DNA of 64,000 bases from Deltaproteobacteria bacterium (GCA_029858505.1 JAOUEW010000005.1:42880-106879), one strand, 5' to 3'; counted from the stretch's first letter, positions 38,175 through 48,384 are shown. Translations and numbers: made by a program. The notes: generated by a model from the letters alone, not told the origin.

Positions 38175-38456
38175 GGAAAAATAAATCGCATCCAAAAAGT
38201 TGGGTGCTTGTTTCCGTCCGGCTTCACTCACTGAACAATTGAAAAGAGTAGCCGGGGGATTTGAGTATTGTCCCTCTCCGACGGGGGGCGCGGTCTAGCG
38301 GGGCACAGCCCCGCTTTTCGCGCCGGGGACAGCCGCCTGAAAGGCGGCAGGGAGGGGTGTTGTTCGGAAACAACTCGAAGCCGGGGGGTTGGGTGCTTGC
38401 TTCCTTCCAATCTATATATTCCGAACGGATGAAAAGAATAACCAATGGCTTCGAGT
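38175..38456. repeat. REP/REPIN-like element: two linkers around an expanded head B
   Basis: Linkers at 38184-38266 and 38373-38456 (the second with perfect ACTCGAAGCC/GGCTTCGAGT ends); head B carries an extra nested hairpin. Confidence 0.85.
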
Positions 38457-38474
38457 CAAGGGGGCGGAGACGCC

Positions 38475-39116
38475 CTACTCCGCTCCCTGCTTCCATTCGG
38501 CGAATTCGGGCATGGCCAGTAGGGTATCTCGATAGGCCTGGGCCAGGGGCCGGGAGGAAAGATCCAACTGGTAGGTGTGAAAGCGGGTAGCCACCGGCAA
38601 AAACATGGCATCGGCCAGGGTGAAGGCCCCAAACAGCCAGGGGCCCTGGTCCAGGTGTTCTTCCCGCAGAGATTGCCACAGGCTGCCCACCCGCTCGATG
38701 TCGGCCCTCACGGCGGCGGCCTTGCCGGGGGGCGGAGGGTCCATGGGGGCTGGTGTGCGGAGGAGTTTCATGGGGCAGGCCCGCCGCAGGGCGGAAAACT
38801 CGGAATGCATTTCAGCCGAGACCGCCCGCACCCTAGCCCGCTGGCCCAAATCCGCCGGCAGCAACACGCCCCCGGCATAGGCCTCGTTCACGTACTCCAT
38901 GATGGCCAGAGAATCCCACACCGCCAGAGGGCCGTCTAGCAGAACCGGCACCTTGCCCGCTTCAGAATATTGCCTAGCCTGGGCTTTAAACTCCGGGTGA
39001 GAGAAATTCAGCAGAACCTCCCGAAACGGCACCCCGGTTTTCTTCAACACCAGCCAGGGCCGCAGGGACCAACTGGAGGTATTTTTGTTTCCAATCACCA
39101 GGGTCAGGTCTGCCAT
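38475..39116 (-). CDS. Glutathione S-transferase family protein
   Basis: IGNKNTSSWSLRPW, GKVPVL, WDSLAI, FTLADAMF. Confidence 0.93.
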   Translation of the reverse strand: MADLTLVIGNKNTSSWSLRPWLVLKKTGVPFREVLLNFSHPEFKAQARQYSEAGKVPVLLDGPLAVWDSLAIMEYVNEAYAGGVLLPADLGQRARVRAVSAEMHSEFSALRRACPMKLLRTPAPMDPPPPGKAAAVRADIERVGSLWQSLREEHLDQGPWLFGAFTLADAMFLPVATRFHTYQLDLSSRPLAQAYRDTLLAMPEFAEWKQGAE

Positions 39117-39119
39117 GGG

Positions 39120-39476
39120 TTAGGCCGCGGTTTGGGTTTCCAGTTTTTTCAGCAGCGTCACAATTTGTTGGCTGATAGGTTCAATGGTGAGAAAATCTTT
39201 CTCTGCTTCGGCCAAGTTTCCCTGGGTTTTCAACTGATAGATGCTTTTCACCGTGGCGTGAAGGGTTTGGTGGATTTTTTCCAGCGCCACCATGTCGGGC
39301 AGGTTTCCATAACGCTCCAGGCCATGGGCGTAAATCCATTTCCCCAAATCGCATTCGGTGTGGGAAGTCGCCTGGGCTTCGGTCAGGGTTTCCCTTCCAT
39401 CTAAGAATCCGCGCAAACGGGTTTTCCAAGACAGATGACGGGTGATGGCCAACATAAAATCCAAGGTAGCACTCAT
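39120..39476 (-). CDS. Stand-alone chemoreceptor zinc-binding (CZB) domain protein
   Basis: HLSWK, HTECDLGKW, HQTLH (3His-1Cys pattern). Confidence 0.88.
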   Translation of the reverse strand: MSATLDFMLAITRHLSWKTRLRGFLDGRETLTEAQATSHTECDLGKWIYAHGLERYGNLPDMVALEKIHQTLHATVKSIYQLKTQGNLAEAEKDFLTIEPISQQIVTLLKKLETQTAA

Positions 39477-39650
39477 GACATTCTCCGGGCAAAAAAGGGG
39501 ACATCTTCCAACGGTTCGTTCCCCCATGCCCCTCTTTCTGGCAGAACGCACTGCAAACTTCGGTGAGATAGTCACGGGGACAAGCCGTTTACTTGTAGGA
39601 CGGAGGTCTTGAGCACGGAAGAAGAGAGCGGAAAGAGAGAACTGCCCCTG

Positions 39651-40688
39651 TCAGGTCAACAGGGGCTTGCGGATGGCGGTGATGGTTTTGATCCAGTCGG
39701 TGCGCTGGCGGTCCCGCTCGGACAGGTCATGAATGCCCTGCAGGGTCAGGTAGTCGTCAATCATGGAAAACGCCTTCTTGCACAGGTTCAGAATGTCATC
39801 CCGCAGGGCCACCCGCTTGTTCTGGTTTTTTTCCCGGGTCAGCAAATCGCCCTTCAGGTGGGCCAGCCAAATGTAGGAGCGCATGTCTTCCGGGTCCCGC
39901 TGAATCAGCTGGTTCAACTCTCTGGCCACCGCCAGGGGAGACTCTCCCTGGCGCAGGCGGTTTTGCAACTGGCGCTTGGCGTAGCGCACCTCCAGCCGCT
40001 GCACCAGCCCCTCCAGTTCACTCAAGTACTCCGCCATTTTTTGCTGGGGGGTCAGCCGCCGCTGGGTGTCTTTGGGGGTCATTTCCGGCGGGGTGCGGTC
40101 GAAATGAAATTCTCCTTGGGCCAGCAGCTCGATAAACGGCTCCACCGTGTTCCGGGTTTCCAGCGAGGCCAGCAGCTTGGCCAGATAGGTCAGGTACAGC
40201 CGCTGCACCAGAATGTCATCGGGCCAGGTTTGGGCCGCGGTGTTCACGGCTAATATTCCCTGGCTCATTCGGTTGCCCGCCTGAATGTAATTCCCTCGGG
40301 CTTCCTCAAATTCTTTTTTGGCCTGGTCCAGGTCGTCGGGGGTCAGGTTGCCTGCCCGGGCCTGAAAGCTCCGCAGCACCCGCTCGCTGGCCCGCACCGT
40401 TTGCAGGGCGGTCATCACTTCGGTGTAGTCGTTTTCCGCCTGGCGGCAAACCTGCTGCACGTTGGCCAGTTCCTCTTCCGGGCAATTGCCGGGGCGGCGT
40501 TTCACCGGGTCTTTGGGGGGAATAAACACCCGTTCCTTGGGATCCGCTTCCCCCACCGTTTCTTTCAACAGGGGTTCTCCCCTCACGGGAACTTCCTCTG
40601 TCACCGTTTCTGCCATGGGTGGCTGCATGGTTCCTCCTTGGGGTGCTTCAGGGGCTTCCCCCTGATCCGTGGGTTTGTTCTCCTTCAT
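39651..40688 (-). CDS. Hypothetical helical protein with TPR-like segments
   Basis: 345 aa; disordered N-terminus, coiled coils, helix-turn segments WPDD.. and RDPED..YIWLA. Confidence 0.8.
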   Translation of the reverse strand: MKENKPTDQGEAPEAPQGGTMQPPMAETVTEEVPVRGEPLLKETVGEADPKERVFIPPKDPVKRRPGNCPEEELANVQQVCRQAENDYTEVMTALQTVRASERVLRSFQARAGNLTPDDLDQAKKEFEEARGNYIQAGNRMSQGILAVNTAAQTWPDDILVQRLYLTYLAKLLASLETRNTVEPFIELLAQGEFHFDRTPPEMTPKDTQRRLTPQQKMAEYLSELEGLVQRLEVRYAKRQLQNRLRQGESPLAVARELNQLIQRDPEDMRSYIWLAHLKGDLLTREKNQNKRVALRDDILNLCKKAFSMIDDYLTLQGIHDLSERDRQRTDWIKTITAIRKPLLT

Positions 40689-41047
40689 GTTTTATCCCCT
40701 TCCCCCATGATTTATCCTATAAATATACTTTACATGACATCTTGTCAAGAAAAGAAAACACAGGGGTTGATGGAATGAAGGGGCCTTGCCCCCACCCTTT
40801 CACCGCAAAAAACCTGAAAATGCCAACGTCTTTGCCTGAATCCGACCCTACCTCTGAAATAGGCTTCCCGTCCAGGAAATCGATGTCTTCTGAGCGGGGT
40901 CTTCCAAAACACATTCCCTGGGGTTCCAGGGCCTGCATCCCTATAAAAAATGGTATATTCCCTTGAATGAAACGATGGCCCTTCCCGGAGGGCTCCCTTT
41001 CTCGCGGTTTTCACCTTCCCTGCCCAGGGATCGCCAAGGATTCGGCC

Positions 41048-43360
41048 ATGCGGGTCAAGTTGATTGCCTTGGGAGACCACCGCCAAGCCTGGGAGGAACG
41101 GCTGGACATGCTGGAGGAAATGCTGCCTTCGGTATCGTTCTGCTCGTACATTTTCGGCGGAAAGGAGGGCCTGACCGAACTGATGGAGGCCTATTTTGCC
41201 CCGCCGTTTTCCACCGAACCCCCAGACCTGATTCTGGCGGCCCTGGACGAGGGCGAGGAACGGGACCGCCAGTTGGCGTTTTTATCCAAAGTGCGGGAGG
41301 CCAACCCCCAAACCGCCCCCGACTTGGTGCTGGCCCTGTTCGGGGTTACCGCTGGGCTGCGGCAGTTGGTTGAAACCGCTGGCCCCGTGCAATTCATGCT
41401 AGAAAACCAATCTCGCTTCAACATCTCCGACCCCGAACTGCTGCTGGAACACTATCCAGAGGAATACCCTCATCCCCGGGTGAACGGCTATTTGCGGGCC
41501 CTGAAGGTTCCCCTGCCGGGGGCGGCCCCCGGCACCGTGGCCTGGGGCGAGGTGGGGCTGATGGACCTGCCCATGGGCACCCTCATCTCCCTGCACCGGG
41601 TGGGGGAAGTCATGGCCATGGACGGCCCCCAAGACCCCCGCCGTTGGCTGAAGAACGTGCTGAAGAAAGAACAGATCACCACCCCCTGGAAGGCCCCGGC
41701 CGCCTTGTACCGGGAACCCAAGGGGTTGTTCTTGTACCCCGGAATTCCCGCCAACCGGGTTCAGGGGGTTGTGGTGAAGGGGGTGGGGTTCTCTGGTCTG
41801 CTGGATACCCGCCGCCTGGGAAACCGCGAGGCCCCGGCCCAACTGGCGGGCGCCCTGGAGGTGATCGCCGACCGCCGCCGCCAAGAATGGCAGGCCGCCG
41901 AAACCCGGCTGCGCACCGCCGAAAACCGGGCCGAGCTGCCGGTGTGGTGCCATGGGCGGCTGCCCACCCTGGAACGCCTGATGGTGCGGGTGCTGCAACG
42001 GTGGGGGTTTGCCCGGGCCGGAATGATTTTGCCCGGAGAGAACCCCTCGGTGGAAGAGCCGGGGCTGGTGCTGGAACTGACCGCGGTGAAACAGCGGGTG
42101 ACCCTGGCCCAGGGGCTAGAGCGTTTGCCCGCGGTGTCGTTGGCCCCAGAACTGCGGGGGAAGCTGGGCTTTCTGGCCCGGGACCGCTCTTGGCACGACC
42201 TGCCCTGGGAGGTCATTGACCGGGTGGGATGGGAAGAACGGGTAGAGGCCGCCCGGGTGGAGGAATGGCGCAAGCGCATGGCCGCCGACATCCGCGCCGC
42301 CCGCAAACAGGCCGCGGGAGAACACCGCCGCCAAATTTTGCTGGGCCAAGAAGAATCGGTACTGGAGCGGGCCCGGGAGAACCTGGGGGATTTTCTGCTG
42401 CGGGGCGGGCGGGTGCGGTTGTGGGAGGGCGCGGCACCTCCGGCCATCTCCAAGGCCCTGGTGCTGACCCACGACCGGGAAGAAGCGGAAATAATGCTGG
42501 CGGACATGCCCCACGTTTCGAAAAAACGCTGGCTGGACCTGTCGCCCTTCCGCTCGCCGGAAAGCCTGCAAGCCAGCCAGCGAGAAACCCTGAACCACTA
42601 CCTGGACGGCGGGGCGGTGTTCATTACCCCAGGGGCCCTGCGGCGGGTCACCCACATTCACGATACCCTGTCTCGTCAGTTGGTCGAAGCCAGAGAATCC
42701 CTCGACACCAGCCGGGCCGAACACCAAACCCAAACCGCCACAGAAGCCCGGGCCAAAGAGACCTCCCAGCGGCTGGCCCTGCAATACGCCGGGGTGGTGC
42801 TGAACGACTGGGTGGCGGCCCGAGAACCCGCCCTGACCGCGCGGCTGGCCGCCCTGCGCCGCCGCCAAGAGCAAGACTGGTTCACCCCGGCCCTGGTCAC
42901 CTCCTGCGCCATTGTGGGCAACAGTGACGACAGCCGCCAGGGGCTCACCGCCGCCGCCCAGCGGCTGTTCCCTGGGATGAAACCCGCCCGGCTGCGGGTG
43001 CTGCCCTATCAGTTCGACCCCCCCGACAACCCCCGCCAACGGCGGGAGATGCTGGAAGACTATCTGCGGGTGGTGGAAAACGAACTCAACTTTCAGCCCG
43101 ACTGGAGCATGATTCTGCTGGAAGACGAACCGGCCACGGCCTTTCCGCTGCTGGAACGCATCCGGGCCGCCAAGCCGCCCCTCAGCCGGGCCCCAGTGGT
43201 TCTGCTACTCACCCGCCCCTGGCTGCCGGAAGAGCACGCCCCCCTGCCCTGGCGGCGGGTGCGGGTGATTCCCCGCTTTCACACCAAGGGCCCTGGCCCA
43301 GATCAATACATCGATATGATCGAAAGCCTGTTCCAGGAACCCGCAGAGGACACCCCGTGA
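41048..43360 (+). CDS. Large hypothetical protein, possible terminal receiver-like domains and coiled coils
   Basis: 770-aa ORF from ATG 41048; GTGA overlap with mutS2. Confidence 0.8.
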   Translation: MRVKLIALGDHRQAWEERLDMLEEMLPSVSFCSYIFGGKEGLTELMEAYFAPPFSTEPPDLILAALDEGEERDRQLAFLSKVREANPQTAPDLVLALFGVTAGLRQLVETAGPVQFMLENQSRFNISDPELLLEHYPEEYPHPRVNGYLRALKVPLPGAAPGTVAWGEVGLMDLPMGTLISLHRVGEVMAMDGPQDPRRWLKNVLKKEQITTPWKAPAALYREPKGLFLYPGIPANRVQGVVVKGVGFSGLLDTRRLGNREAPAQLAGALEVIADRRRQEWQAAETRLRTAENRAELPVWCHGRLPTLERLMVRVLQRWGFARAGMILPGENPSVEEPGLVLELTAVKQRVTLAQGLERLPAVSLAPELRGKLGFLARDRSWHDLPWEVIDRVGWEERVEAARVEEWRKRMAADIRAARKQAAGEHRRQILLGQEESVLERARENLGDFLLRGGRVRLWEGAAPPAISKALVLTHDREEAEIMLADMPHVSKKRWLDLSPFRSPESLQASQRETLNHYLDGGAVFITPGALRRVTHIHDTLSRQLVEARESLDTSRAEHQTQTATEARAKETSQRLALQYAGVVLNDWVAAREPALTARLAALRRRQEQDWFTPALVTSCAIVGNSDDSRQGLTAAAQRLFPGMKPARLRVLPYQFDPPDNPRQRREMLEDYLRVVENELNFQPDWSMILLEDEPATAFPLLERIRAAKPPLSRAPVVLLLTRPWLPEEHAPLPWRRVRVIPRFHTKGPGPDQYIDMIESLFQEPAEDTP

Positions 43361-45894
43361 GCGCGTTGAATTCCGTAAACCCCGCTTCCCACCCGGACCT
43401 TCAGGGCCAGGCCCAAACCCTGGCCGCCCTGGAATGGCCCCGGCTGCTGGCCGCCCTGGGCCAACGGCTGGCCACCCCCCTGGGGGCGGCCGCCCTGGAG
43501 CGGATGCCCTTTCACCGCCGGGCCAAAGACGCGGCGGAGGCCATGGCCCGGGTGGAGGAAATGACCCGCCTGCTTGGCGCCCAGGGGGGGCTTCCCCTGG
43601 CCGGTGAACCGGCGGTGGAAGAACTGGCCCTGCTGGCGGCCAAGGGCGGGCGGCTGGAAGGCAGCGACCTGCTGGCGGTGGCGCGGGCCCAACGGGCCGC
43701 CGAAGACACCGCCCGCATGCTGCGCCGCCCAGAGCGCTACCCCCGCTTGGCCGCCCTGGCCGAAGGGGTGCTGCCCCTGCCCGAACTGCGGGCCCGGCTG
43801 GAACAGGCCATTACCCCCCGGGGCGCCCTCAACGAATCGGCCTTTCCAGAATTAGGGAAGATTGCCCGTGAACTGGCGGGCAAACGGGATGACATCGTGA
43901 AACGGCTGACCGGCTGGATTCAGTCGGGCCGCTGGGGAGACGCCCTGCAAGAGCCGCTGTACACCCTGCGGGGCAACCGCCACGTGGTGCCAGTGAAGGC
44001 CGACTTCAAGGGCCGGGTGGGGGGCATTGTCCACGACGTATCTTCCAGTGGCGCCACCTTGTTTGTGGAACCCACGGAACTGGTGGAGCCGGGCAACGAA
44101 CTGGCCATGATTCAGCGGCGGCTGGCCCAGGAAACCGACCGCATTCTGCGGGAGTTGTCGGCCCTGGTGGGGGAACATGCTCCGGCTCTGGGGGCCAACC
44201 TGGGCTGGTTGGGCCAAGCCGACCTGCTCCAAGCCCAGGGGCGGCTGGCCGAGGCCTGGGGGGCGGTGTGCCCCCAGGTGGGAGACGAGGGGGTGATGGA
44301 ACTGAAGGGCGTGGTGCACCCCCTGATGGCCCTGAATACCCCCCCGCCGGTGGCCAACGATCTTTCCCTGGGGCGTAACATCCGCTGCCTGATCTTGTCT
44401 GGGGCCAACACCGGCGGCAAGACCGTGCTGCTGAAAACCGTGGGGCTGTGCGCCCTGCTGGTGGCAGCGGGCATGCCCATCCCGGCCCGCGCTGGTTCCC
44501 GGTTCGACCTGTTTCCCCAGGTCTGGGCCGACATCGGGGACCGGCAAGACTTGGCCCACGCCCTTTCCACCTTCTCAGCCCAGTTGGGGGCCCTGGGGAG
44601 CCTGCTGGGCTGGGCCGGTCCCGGCACCCTGGTGCTGCTGGATGAAGTGCTGCACGGCACCGACCCTGACCAGGGCAGCGCCCTGGCCCAGGCCGTGCTA
44701 GAAGAACTGGCCCGCCGGGGGGCGGTGACCCTGGTGACCACCCACTACGGGCGGCTGAAGGGGCTGGCTGGGGAGGCCGCCATGGGCAACGCTTCGGTGG
44801 CCTTCGACCCCGCCACCCTGGCCCCCACCTATCGGCTGATTCCAGGGCTGCCCGGCGGCAGCCAGGGCTTTCACACCGCCCGCCGCCTGGGCCTGGGCGA
44901 TGCCCTGGTGGCCCGGGCCGAGCAGTTGGCCGCTGGCGAAGCCGCCCCCCTGGAACCCCTGATGGAGAAGTTGAGATCCCTGGAACACCAACTGGCCCAA
45001 CAGGAAGCCGCCTTGGTTCAACAGCGGGAGCACCACGCCCGGCAGAGCGAAGCCCTGACTGCCCGGGAAAACGAATTGGCCCTGCGAGAAGCCGAGGTGC
45101 GCCGCATGGAGCGGGGGCGGTTGTCGGGGGCCTTGGCCCAGGCACGGGAGCGGGTGGCCCGGCTGGAAACCTTTTTGACCGGCCAAGAGACCCAAGCCGA
45201 AGCTCTGGCCCAGGCCCAAGCCCTGGCGGCGGCGGCCCGCCAAGAACTGCGAGACACCCAGGCCCAAGCCACCCAAGCCCTGCAAGACCAATCTCCTGAA
45301 TTGCCCGCCATGGATTGGAACTTGGCCCGCCCCGGTCTGGCGGTGTATCTGCCGGGGCTGGGACAAGCCGGACGGTTGGAGAACATCCCCGACATGACCC
45401 ACCCCGCCGGGAAGCGGGTCTCGGTGCGGCTGGGGGGGCTGGTGCTGGAACTGCCCGCGGAAGAAATTACCCCCCTGCCCAAGGGCATGGCCCAGCCCCC
45501 CAAAGCCCCAGACCAGCGGCCACCCACAGGATTAGCCGCTGGAAAGCCCGCCAAAAAACCGGGCGGGAAAAGCAGCCCTGGGGCCAGCACCTCTCAGCCC
45601 GCCCCTGACCAACGCCTGGCCCCAGAGATTCCCCCGGTGATGCAGCGCGCCGACAACACCGTGACCCTGCTGGGCCTGCGGGCCGAAGAAGCCCTAGACG
45701 CCATGAACGCTTTTCTGGACCAAGCCGTTCGGGCGGGCACGGGAACGGTGGTGATCGTCCATGGGTTTGGCACCGGTGCCCTGCGTAACGCCGTGCGTAA
45801 GGCCCTGAAAGACAACCCCTACGTGGCAGGCTTCCGCCCCGGCGGCGAGGGCGAAGGCCGAGACGGCGTGACCGTGGCGGCGCTGAAAGATTAA
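43357..45894 (+). CDS. mutS2: MutS2 family ATPase/endonuclease with Smr domain
   Basis: GIVHDVSSSGATLFVEP, SGANTGGKT, LSTFS, LLDE, TTHY, C-terminal IVHGFGTGALR..GVTV. Confidence 0.95.
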   Translation: MSALNSVNPASHPDLQGQAQTLAALEWPRLLAALGQRLATPLGAAALERMPFHRRAKDAAEAMARVEEMTRLLGAQGGLPLAGEPAVEELALLAAKGGRLEGSDLLAVARAQRAAEDTARMLRRPERYPRLAALAEGVLPLPELRARLEQAITPRGALNESAFPELGKIARELAGKRDDIVKRLTGWIQSGRWGDALQEPLYTLRGNRHVVPVKADFKGRVGGIVHDVSSSGATLFVEPTELVEPGNELAMIQRRLAQETDRILRELSALVGEHAPALGANLGWLGQADLLQAQGRLAEAWGAVCPQVGDEGVMELKGVVHPLMALNTPPPVANDLSLGRNIRCLILSGANTGGKTVLLKTVGLCALLVAAGMPIPARAGSRFDLFPQVWADIGDRQDLAHALSTFSAQLGALGSLLGWAGPGTLVLLDEVLHGTDPDQGSALAQAVLEELARRGAVTLVTTHYGRLKGLAGEAAMGNASVAFDPATLAPTYRLIPGLPGGSQGFHTARRLGLGDALVARAEQLAAGEAAPLEPLMEKLRSLEHQLAQQEAALVQQREHHARQSEALTARENELALREAEVRRMERGRLSGALAQARERVARLETFLTGQETQAEALAQAQALAAAARQELRDTQAQATQALQDQSPELPAMDWNLARPGLAVYLPGLGQAGRLENIPDMTHPAGKRVSVRLGGLVLELPAEEITPLPKGMAQPPKAPDQRPPTGLAAGKPAKKPGGKSSPGASTSQPAPDQRLAPEIPPVMQRADNTVTLLGLRAEEALDAMNAFLDQAVRAGTGTVVIVHGFGTGALRNAVRKALKDNPYVAGFRPGGEGEGRDGVTVAALKD

Positions 45895-46044
45895 CAATGC
45901 CCGCAACGGCAGGCCTCTTCTGTTCCTCAAATTATCCACTCTTTTCAAAAAACTGAAAAACAGATTACAGTAGAAAACTTGTGGGCTCACCCCCTGGCTC
46001 TTGATACTCTCCCCCACTCTCCCTTTCTCACGGCTAAAATTCGG

Positions 46045-46509
46045 ATGACGCGCGAGTCTCAAGATCACGATCGGGTTGTCGTTCAGGTGCAGTGCCACTA
46101 CCCCGGCATGGAGCTGCCCCGCCAAGGCCACCCCAACGACGCGGGCTATGACCTGACCGCCATGGCGGTGGAACCCCTGCGGGAAGGGGTGTTCGCCTTC
46201 GACACCGGCATTTCGGTGGCCCCAGCCCCCGGTTATTATTGCGAGGTGGTCCCCCGCAGCAGTATCATGAAAAGCGATTTCATCATGGCCAACAGCGTGG
46301 GAATCATTGACCCCGACTACCGGGGGCGCATCCGGGTGGTGCTGAGATACCTGGGGGCGGGGCACCCCGCTCAGTCCGCAGAAGCCCTGGCCGGCACCCG
46401 CATTGCCCAGCTCATCGTGCGGCGGAGAGAAAACGCCGTGCTGCAAGCGGCGGACAACCTGGACGACACCGCCCGGGGCTCTGGCGGATTCGGCTCGACG
46501 GGGAAATAA
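46045..46509 (+). CDS. dut: dUTP diphosphatase
   Basis: AGYDL, PRSS, GIIDPDYRG, RIAQL, RGSGGFGSTG. Confidence 0.96.
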   Translation: MTRESQDHDRVVVQVQCHYPGMELPRQGHPNDAGYDLTAMAVEPLREGVFAFDTGISVAPAPGYYCEVVPRSSIMKSDFIMANSVGIIDPDYRGRIRVVLRYLGAGHPAQSAEALAGTRIAQLIVRRRENAVLQAADNLDDTARGSGGFGSTGK

Positions 46510-46805
46510 TGCTGATCAAAGACCTGAAACAAGACTGCCCCCGCTGCCAGACCACCGGAAAGGTGGCGGCTTTTAGCCAGTGGGGCATCCAGCAAACCAA
46601 CATCGGGGGCACCTGCCCAGACTGCAAGGGGCGGGGGTACCTGCCCAGCCTCCTGGGGCAAGACGTGCTACACTTTCTGAACGACCAAACCCTGGACAAG
46701 CACGCCGCACGGTTGAAGGAACTGGAAGACCGCTTGGCCGCCGCCCAGCAACAGTTGGAATCCATTAACCAGCACCTGACCAAGCTGGAAAAACCCAGCC
46801 GCTAG
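46509..46805 (+). CDS. DnaJ-type zinc-finger protein resembling anti-TRAP, with coiled-coil tail
   Basis: DL..CPRCQTTG...CPDCKGRG....GQDVLHFL; TAATG overlap with dut. Confidence 0.7.
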   Translation: MLIKDLKQDCPRCQTTGKVAAFSQWGIQQTNIGGTCPDCKGRGYLPSLLGQDVLHFLNDQTLDKHAARLKELEDRLAAAQQQLESINQHLTKLEKPSR

Positions 46806-46838
46806 TTTCACCCCCCTTACGTTTTTACGTTTCAGCCT

Positions 46839-47645
46839 ATGGCCCCCAAACAACCCCTCACCTCCGGCACCGTGGTCGCCCAGGCCTTTCGGGTGTACCT
46901 GGACCACATTGCCACCCTGGTCACGGCGGCGTTGTTCCCCCTGGCGGCTTTGTTTTTGGTGGAAATGACCTTGGCGGGTTCGGGCATGAAACCCAACGAA
47001 CAAATGCTGTCCATTCTGCCCCTGGCCCTGCTGGTGAACGCCTGCCTAGATGCCATGGCAGCCTTTGCCGCCCAAGAAGCCCGAGAGGGAACCGAACCCA
47101 AGGCTGGCCTGTTGTTCCGCCGGGTGTGGCTGACCGGCTTCGCCCCCTTGACCCTGGGTTATACCCTGGCTGGCATGGTGATGATGGTGGGGTTTCTCCC
47201 CATGCTTATCCCCATGGCCATGGCCGGGGCCAACACCCCCCCCAGCCCATTGGTGCTGGTGCTGCTGCCCCTGTGCATGGCTCCGGGGCTAATCGTGGGG
47301 GGGATGATGTCGCTGGTTATTCCGCTGATTGCTTTGGAGCGGATGCCCCCTTTGCAGGCCCTGCGGGTGTCTTACCAGGTCATGCGTAAACAAGCCGCCC
47401 TGGGCATGGGGGTATTTGGATTTGGCCTGCTGGCAGGGTCCATGGTTCCCATGCTGCTGGTGATGATGGCCGGGGAGGGGCCCCTTTCTCCCTTGTTGTT
47501 TCTGTTGCTGATGGGATTGACCGCTCCCCTGGCCTGCCTAGGAAAAAGTTTGTTGTACTTTAACCTGAAGGAGCGGGGAGAACTGTCGCCTTTCATCCCG
47601 CCCATTTCTCCCCCCACCCCCCCCTCATCCACACCGGGCGCTTAA
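46839..47645 (+). CDS. Hypothetical multi-pass membrane protein
   Basis: About six hydrophobic segments; LERMPPLQALRVS loop. Confidence 0.75.
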   Translation: MAPKQPLTSGTVVAQAFRVYLDHIATLVTAALFPLAALFLVEMTLAGSGMKPNEQMLSILPLALLVNACLDAMAAFAAQEAREGTEPKAGLLFRRVWLTGFAPLTLGYTLAGMVMMVGFLPMLIPMAMAGANTPPSPLVLVLLPLCMAPGLIVGGMMSLVIPLIALERMPPLQALRVSYQVMRKQAALGMGVFGFGLLAGSMVPMLLVMMAGEGPLSPLLFLLLMGLTAPLACLGKSLLYFNLKERGELSPFIPPISPPTPPSSTPGA

Positions 47646-47874
47646 ATCACTCCCGATTTTTTGGGTCAAAAACAACAAAAAATCACCTGTATTTTTCATT
47701 TTGTTTAAAAATTTATTCTGTAAATTATCAGATAGATATCTTCGTATTTGAGCGGTATGGCCGCCCTCCACACTCCTTCGTTTCACGTTCGTGTCACGCA
47801 CCCTGTGGTAGATTGACTCCCGCCTGGAAGTTCGTAAAACACCCAAATTTTTCCAGGACATAAATCAACTCACC

Positions 47875-48384
47875 ATGGAGATCATCATGACCCCTTTTCG
47901 TTCCATGCTGTTCAATCGTATTTTCCCCCTGGCCGCTTTGGCTGGGCTGATCCTTTCCGGTTGTTCCGCCGGATTTGTGGCCAAATCCAACTACATTGAC
48001 AAAACCGTGAAAGCCTTCGTTTACAAAATGCCAGCCAAGGACCTGCAACCCAAAGTGAAAGACCTCATGCATGCCCGCCTCTATTTGGTGGAACAACAGG
48101 ATGGATTTGTAACCTTAGGCAAGCAAAAAAGCCTTGAGGAAGATAGCGCCGACCCGACCCACCAAAAACCCGCGGAGTTCAAGGAGAGGGCCATGTGTCA
48201 GGTGTTTGAGGTCGATAAAAACTCCAGCCGAGTGGAGTGCTACCAATGGACCATTCCCTTGGAAAAAAAAGGTCGAAGCTTATTTCTGGAATATCAGTTG
48301 GTAAAAATGGTGGACCCGAAAGCCTATGACAAAATTGAAGCGGATGGCGATCAGGCCGCCAAGGACGCTGAAGCTAAAAAATAA
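47875..48384 (+). CDS. Hypothetical lipoprotein
   Basis: Lipobox LSGC after a hydrophobic stretch; lower GC; AT-rich upstream region. Confidence 0.75.
   Translation: MEIIMTPFRSMLFNRIFPLAALAGLILSGCSAGFVAKSNYIDKTVKAFVYKMPAKDLQPKVKDLMHARLYLVEQQDGFVTLGKQKSLEEDSADPTHQKPAEFKERAMCQVFEVDKNSSRVECYQWTIPLEKKGRSLFLEYQLVKMVDPKAYDKIEADGDQAAKDAEAKK

Noticed and set aside
45932-45940. DnaA-box-like TTATCCACT upstream of dut
   Set aside because: Single site with one mismatch; expected by chance.
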